A program made the translations under genes and the position numbers. From Perkinsus chesapeaki ATCC PRA-425 (lineage: Eukaryota > Protista > Perkinsozoa), in NCBI GenBank assembly GCA_013115145.1, contig JAAPAO010000062.1, positions 32,577-96,576 of the forward strand: a stretch of DNA of 64,000 nt, given 5' to 3'. Positions 58,201-64,000 of this stretch are shown in pieces. How positions within the stretch are numbered: the first letter of the stretch is position 1; every line of letters starts with the position of its first letter. The notes under the pieces are model-generated. The model was not told the origin of the DNA and did not search any database. It saw only the letters and a list, made by a program, of their open reading frames with translations.

Positions 58201-58859
58201 AGCTCACGGTGGTGGCCCACCACTGGTGGGAAACAATTAGGTACTGAATGCAATCCATCTCCGCCACTCCCATTCGACGGGGAGTAAAAGGCCTCCCCGG
58301 AAAGCCTTCCGTTCCCCGACGAGAAAAGATGCTTGTTCTAGGCCCTAGTGTTCCGCCAGTCCCTTGCGTATCTGAATAGTAATCTACCAATGGTCGCTGC
58401 CGGCTGCTGCTGCTGTGATTGAAATTGTTCAAGGGCGATTTGTTGCCTATTATCTGCTTCGTTGTGTGGAGTGTAGAGACGATCTGTGGTAGGTGATGGA
58501 GATGATGTGACAGAAGTGGCGGTGCCAGGGTCAATGATTGAGGTGATACGGGTGGTGATACGGGTGGTGGATACTTGAGTGCAGCAGTAGCATCATCACC
58601 TTTGAAGTTGCGGCATATAAATAACAGCCATCATGCATTTGGCTTAGAACTCATACTTCCATCTGCCCACACCTTACCAAACGACTTCTCCGTCATATAT
58701 AATTCTGCCCCCATTTACCACCGGGTAATTGATCGATGACAGCAGCAGCAGCACCGCCGGCGACTCAGTAGCATCTATGAACTTGAAGATTCATCAACAC
58801 TCGAATACCATTTCGTTTGATAACATGTCATTCGGTGTTGTACGTGTCCTCTATCGGAA

Positions 58860-59926
58860 ATGATAGATTACAGAGGAGGTATCGTTGCTCAGGTGCGGTC
58901 GGTGGATGATGATGAGGAGGAGGAGGGTGGAGGGCAGGAAGAGGCTGATGGGACTGGAGAGGATCAAGAGGATAACGGCGAAGGGGACGAGGAGGAGGAG
59001 TCGGTTGGAGGAGGCGGGGGGAGCGCCGAGGACAGAGATGCCTCGAAGAAGTCCGTGAGTGTTTGTGTGTTTAAGTTCGACTGTCGACGATCTTGCTGGG
59101 CAGTTGGCTCCGGGTGTGTCTGAGATTGATACCGAGATGAGCCAAATTGGTGAAAGAAGATACATCGAGGAGAGACAGGTGTCGTTGATGGCTTTGGCAT
59201 AGTAAGCGATACTACTACCACCGCCATCTGTGACCGTGACGTCCGACGGTCTTCAGTGCCATGCAGGAGAGTGCCGCACTTCGTACAGGAACGGCTATGC
59301 TGTTCAACACGTAGGTGCGAATGAGGTCCACTGATGGGCAACTAGTTCCTCAGTCACCTCTGGCCGCTTGAGGATCTTATAGCGATACTGGATGAACGAT
59401 CTGATGAGTTGGAGAAGAACCTGGACGCGGCATTCCAGGATCTAGTGGATACCTCCGAGAAGGTTGGTCGCACTAAGTTGGTCTCGATTATCAAGTGAAT
59501 GATCGACTATCGGTATCGATCATACCTAGTTGATTAACTCATTTTCGAAGTGAGTTTTACAAACGCTTTCCATTAGGTTGCTTTTCCGTTGATCGATCGG
59601 CTCGGTAAAGAATTCCACAATGTGGCGAAGGAGATAAAATCTATGCCTGGCCCGACGGTGAGGCGCTCCCCTCATGCTTGCTATCTCCAGTGACTGGAGT
59701 CCAGTCAGAGATAGATTCCTGGCTGAGAAATGTAAGACTTCGATTCCTCAGGACCCTTACCCTTTGGCTGACCTGCGTGCAGAAGTTCGAGGCGGAGGCG
59801 GAGGAGGCGAAGCCATGCGTAACGATGAGGAAGGCGGGGGAGATACTTCCAATGAGGAGGGGGGAAATGGAGAAGGAGAAAACGTTGAAGAAGAGGCAGA
59901 TGATGAGTGATGGACATGATTACTAA
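58860..59926 (+). CDS. Hypothetical acidic multi-exon protein
   Basis: D/E-rich exon, then helical exons (DLIAILDERSDELEKNLDAAFQDLVDTSEK|, VAFPLIDRLGKEFHNVAKEIK|) with GT-AG sites. Confidence 0.4.
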
Positions 59927-60062
59927 AGCAATGTCTCGTTAGTGCTGATGGTGTTTAATTTTTATGTGAGTTGGTCAGTGGAGGCTCTCAAAGGTTCAGT
60001 GGCCTACCAACCGCTCCAAAACGCTCGTGAAGTCGCAACGATTGGAAATCGTTGATACAAGA

Positions 60063-60144
60063 CGACACCTGAGGGATTCGAACCCTCGCGGGCAGAACCC
60101 AACGGCTTAGCAGGCCGCCGCCTTAACCACTCGGCCAAAGTGTC
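60063..60144 (-). tRNA. tRNA-Ser(GCT)
   Basis: GACACTTTGGCCGAGTGGTTAAGGCGGCGGCCTGCTAAGCCGTTGGGTTCTGCCCGCGAGGGTTCGAATCCCTCAGGTGTCG: long variable arm, G discriminator, loop CTGCTAA. Confidence 0.95.
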
Positions 60145-60388
60145 TGCAGATTCCAGTTGTGGCTTGTCTTCAACATGCAAACTCTGTAAAAACCCTAAGC
60201 CACCATTCATTTAAAATGTGGATGCCTAGATGGATTAGTCGGTCATCTCCGCCATACTCGGAGGAGCTTTGCTCCACCATACATGCATTAGCGTATTGAA
60301 AGTCAGTACGGTTGTTGTTGAAACGTCGAGTTTGTGAGATCACTGGACAAGAACGCAACACGAAGAACGTTAAAACAGAAATAATGGT

Positions 60389-60876
60389 TCATCGTTTTCT
60401 TCCCAGAGCGAATTGATCTTCAGTCACAATATTAGACACCTTCATTCGAACCTAAACGTACCTTTATTAATTATACCGTATTTCCCACACAACTTACATG
60501 AGGTGGCGCCATTAATGCAACTCCCTTTCCCTGTTCTTGCCTTGGCCCACCAGCAGCAGTCCCCGACGCCTTCCCCTCCAACAGCTCATCAACACTAGGC
60601 AGCTTAATAGCATCCTCATTCACCTGACTTTGCCGCTCCATTTGCTTTGACATAGAGACACTAGTGCCTATGAGAACAGGTGAACAGGAGTACCGGGTGG
60701 CACGCACCAGACGAAGTTACTCTCTTCAGCTTTTCTGCCTCCCCCTCATTGCCCTTCTCTCGAGGAGACCGACCCCTCTTGCCGCTCTGAGCTGGCTCTG
60801 GGTACTCAGTCTCGGAATCAGACGAACTGTAGCCACCGAGGCCCAGCCCAGTGGTAGGCTCCTCCTGCCGACTCAT
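60389..60876 (-). CDS. Small hypothetical nuclear-type protein, 3 exons
   Basis: MSRQEEPTTGLGLGGYSSSDSE...EKLKR|...IKLPSVDELLEG...MAPPH|VRMKVSNIVTEDQFALGRKR*; splices in frame. Confidence 0.5.
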
Positions 60877-60955
60877 AGAAGAACTGAGACTGCGCAAGTT
60901 CTAATCGCCGATATCTTCAACAAAAACAATCGTCAATAGAAAAGTGAATGCAACA

Positions 60956-61620
60956 CTACGCTTCTGCCGTTTTCGCAGCGGCCCCGACCTTCGGCGCCAC
61001 TCCCAGTGCTTTTAAGAGGTCCTTAAAATCGACACTGCGGTTGTTAGTCGTTGAATTTTGCGGCGCATCAGCAGCTCGGCTCTTCGCTTGTTGTTGTCGC
61101 ACTTCTCTTGCAAGCTCGGCGGCCTCCTCATCGCTCAGCCTGAGACGGGTTATCCAAGGACGATTTGAAGGAAGTGTGGTATGACCTCTCCCCCATAGCC
61201 TTCAACACATACAATAGGTCGTCTGCCGGAACCGAGTCATCCCCAGACTCATTCAGCCTCCTTATTTCCCCAACAGATTTCCCGCCAAGAAAGAATCTAG
61301 TGCCATCCTGACGTAATAAAAGTCCGTAATCGTCGCAGCCGCCTGCGGTACCCGAAGACCTTCAAGCTGGGCCGGCGTCGCTGAGCTCTGAATCGACTCG
61401 TGCTCGGCTCGAGAAACTTGCCGGAGAAAAGTCTCCTCGGAGATCTGAGCAGGCGAGTTCAAAACAACAACAAACAATGTGACTACCTTTCCTGTCTCAT
61501 CAGGATCGGCATCCTTGATCATTTGCTGTAACGTAGCCGCGGTGCAGTTGTACCCGAGGGACCTCAGAACGGTCGAAAGTTCATCAGTGGGTATCTCTGA
61601 CAGGCGACTGTCCTCCGAGG
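60956..61620 (-). CDS. Calmodulin/centrin-like EF-hand protein (5' end not resolved)
   Basis: IPTDELSTVLRSLGYNCTAATLQQMIKDADPDETGK|ISEETFLRQ is an EF-hand pair linker plus loop; the last exon ends ...AKTAEA*. Confidence 0.65.
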
Positions 61621-63339
61621 CTCAATCAATCGCTTAAAGGCCAGTTGTTTCGCGAATGCGGAGACCCAGAGCCAGGCCTTGCTTTGGCCATGCTAGAAGG
61701 CAGAGCTTTATCAGTCAAGGTTATATAACCGTATCGGTCAACTCTCCATGTGCCCGCCGGTAACACCATGACAAAGCGAGATCTAGAGCATGTTAATAAT
61801 TACTCCCGAGGATGCTGATGAAATCGGTATATTCAGACGCCAGTAGATGTATTCGAAATCTCTGGCAGAATCAAACCGTATTGATGGACCACATAACACT
61901 TGGGAGCTAAACTCCCCAAGTGAGCGAGTGTAGCTGATGCTGCTGCTGCCAGTGCAGCTCTGTTACCCCCCCACTGCATTACCTCCCTCTGACTCCCTAT
62001 CAAACATAGAGAAGGCCTCCTTGGCCTCGGATATCTGATCGGATGTGAGGTTGGAATAATAGTCAGACATGAATGAAAACTGAGTTACCAGACCTCAGCA
62101 GCATCATCGCCATACGAACTTTACATATCAATAACGAAGCTCCTCGTAACGGAGTAATATGGTCAATTGGCCAGAAACCAAAGGCTTCGATCATGCTGAT
62201 CATTCGACAGGAGGTCTCATCTATCAATCACACTGAGGCACTGTTGATGCCCACAAAGATCACACCATGCATTTTGGAGCGTTATTTTGCCCCTCAGGAT
62301 CTGCCACCGGACGCCTTCGTCCGAAATGATCGGGTTTTCGTCCGCGCATCCGGCCACCTTTTCGAAGCCTTTCAGATTCACGGAAGTCAGTAGGAGTCTG
62401 TCACGTGTTGACTGCCGTGGTGTTCAACTGTACACAGTACTACGCCTATCTATATCTAAATAGCGTGCCCCGACAAAACCGTCCAGAAATTAAATGGGTA
62501 AAAACGTCACATCCTCCAACTTCTACACTCCACTGCTTTCACCTCATTGACGGTACCTTCGGCAAGGTACCTATCATTCGCAAGCACTCCACCTTCTGAG
62601 CCTGCTCACCAACACCACATGTGCTTCCCTACTTCCTGCTTCACGTCATTCATCTCCTCCCTAAACCGCCCTCTTCAATCATGTCATGCACTTCTCACGC
62701 ACTTGCTGCAATTTGCATCAAATGCTCGGGGCCCACTTTCCATACTTCCTCCTCCCCATCTCCTTACCATATTCTTTCTCCCTACCACCCACACTCCACA
62801 TCATCGGCCCACATTATCACCCATCGTTCTCTTCCTCTCCCACCACTCTCCCACCACTCTCCCACTACACACCGTATTCCCCCATTTCCACCTTCATAAA
62901 TCCTTCTCCTACTGCCAACACCCCCATTCCCTCTTCGCCCTCCCATAAACTTCCATCTTGCATATTTTCTGCATTCCCTGCTCTTTGCACTAACAACTCC
63001 TCTTTTACCCCTCTCTGTTAATCGCATTTACCTCCGTAGCTACTTAAACCTCATTCCTCAATTCCTACTTCTCTCTACGACTACTGCGCTTCTTGCATGC
63101 TTCCTCACGACAAGAATAACCTCTCGGGCTTACGAAACAACACTTTCACTACCCTCCCTGCCGAGGACAAGGTAACTCCCGGGTATTCTGCACCCCCTTC
63201 CCTTTCCTTTCTCATTTGGCCTTCAGCATTACCACGACAACAACACTTTACGCCTTTGCCCCCTGAGGAAGCGGTAACCCTGTCTCTGCTTTACTTCAAA
63301 CTCCCAGTACAGATCAACCTTTCTCTGAGCAGCTGCACG

Positions 63340-64000
63340 ATTTTTTAACTTTATGTGTTCTCCATGAGTCATGGACCATGACATTTCTTACAGGCTCTCA
63401 GCACATTCTAAAACTCTGTCTTACTACTCATTATCCGACACATACACTCCTTTGATTACTCAATTCCCTGCTCACCTCATGTTTAATGTATTAAATACTC
63501 ACAGCACCGTACAAGGTATACTACAACCTTCCTATGCGCTTTCCGCATCTATAACTGCACTCGAAACGTTATTGACTCAAGATCAACAGTCAGTTTACAG
63601 TGTAATTACTTCGTCTTTAGACAATAACAACGGTGGATTTTTTTATATAGACGCTCCAGGGGGTACATGCAAAATACATCTCCTTAATCTTTTCTTGAAA
63701 AAGGCAGCTCTCCACCAACGCAATGGTGTCGCAATGTGCTTCGTCAGGGATAGCGGCTACACTGCTTGAAGGGGGGAGAACAGCGCACTCAGTCCTAAAG
63801 TTGCCCATCCCTGCCTCCCCTGATTCTATATGTAGTTTCACACCACGATCCAACACTCTTACGAAATGTACACTTTATTATCTGGGATGATGCAAGTATG
63901 ATGCATAGGTGACCGTTCTCTGAGGAACTCATGCATACACAACTATTATTCGGCGGGAAACTCCTCATATTAGCTGGAGACTTCAGACAGGTCACTCCCG
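63340..64000 (+). mobile_element. Decayed Helitron RepHel PIF1-like helicase coding fragment, frameshifted, running off the window
   Basis: LTQDQQSVY...FFYIDAPGGTCK, then in shifted frames ASSGIAATLLEGGRTAHSVLKLP, IWDDASM and FGGKLLILAGDFRQVTP: Helitron/PIF1 motifs I-III. Confidence 0.85.

Overview
Gene-dense eukaryotic DNA with many short GT-AG introns, single dispersed tRNA genes and one 98-N assembly gap. The gene content (apicomplexan-type purine nucleoside phosphorylase, ROM1-like rhomboid, intronless secreted aspartic-protease paralogs) suggests a Perkinsus-like alveolate; this is an inference. I could splice and recognise: an SLC45/sucrose-transporter-family gene, an aspartate carbamoyltransferase fused to a PyrI-type zinc domain, V-ATPase subunit f (RNASEK), TMEM115, TIM23, ALG1, a FOP/CHTOP-motif protein, RPL18A, two PNP paralogs, a tandem duplication of an aspartic protease + FkbM methyltransferase pair, a rhomboid, cytochrome b5 next to two fatty-acid-hydroxylase/sterol-oxidase genes, a guanylate-binding-protein-like GTPase, an EF-hand protein, a decayed Helitron helicase and five intact tRNA genes. 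The most striking pattern is tRNA sequence inside spliceosomal introns. An intact tRNA-Phe lies antisense in an ALG1 intron, and four further small introns (cytochrome b5, hydroxylase A, two in the GBP gene) are made largely of decayed tRNA sequence. Family assignments come from recalled motifs, not database searches, and exon boundaries were read by eye.
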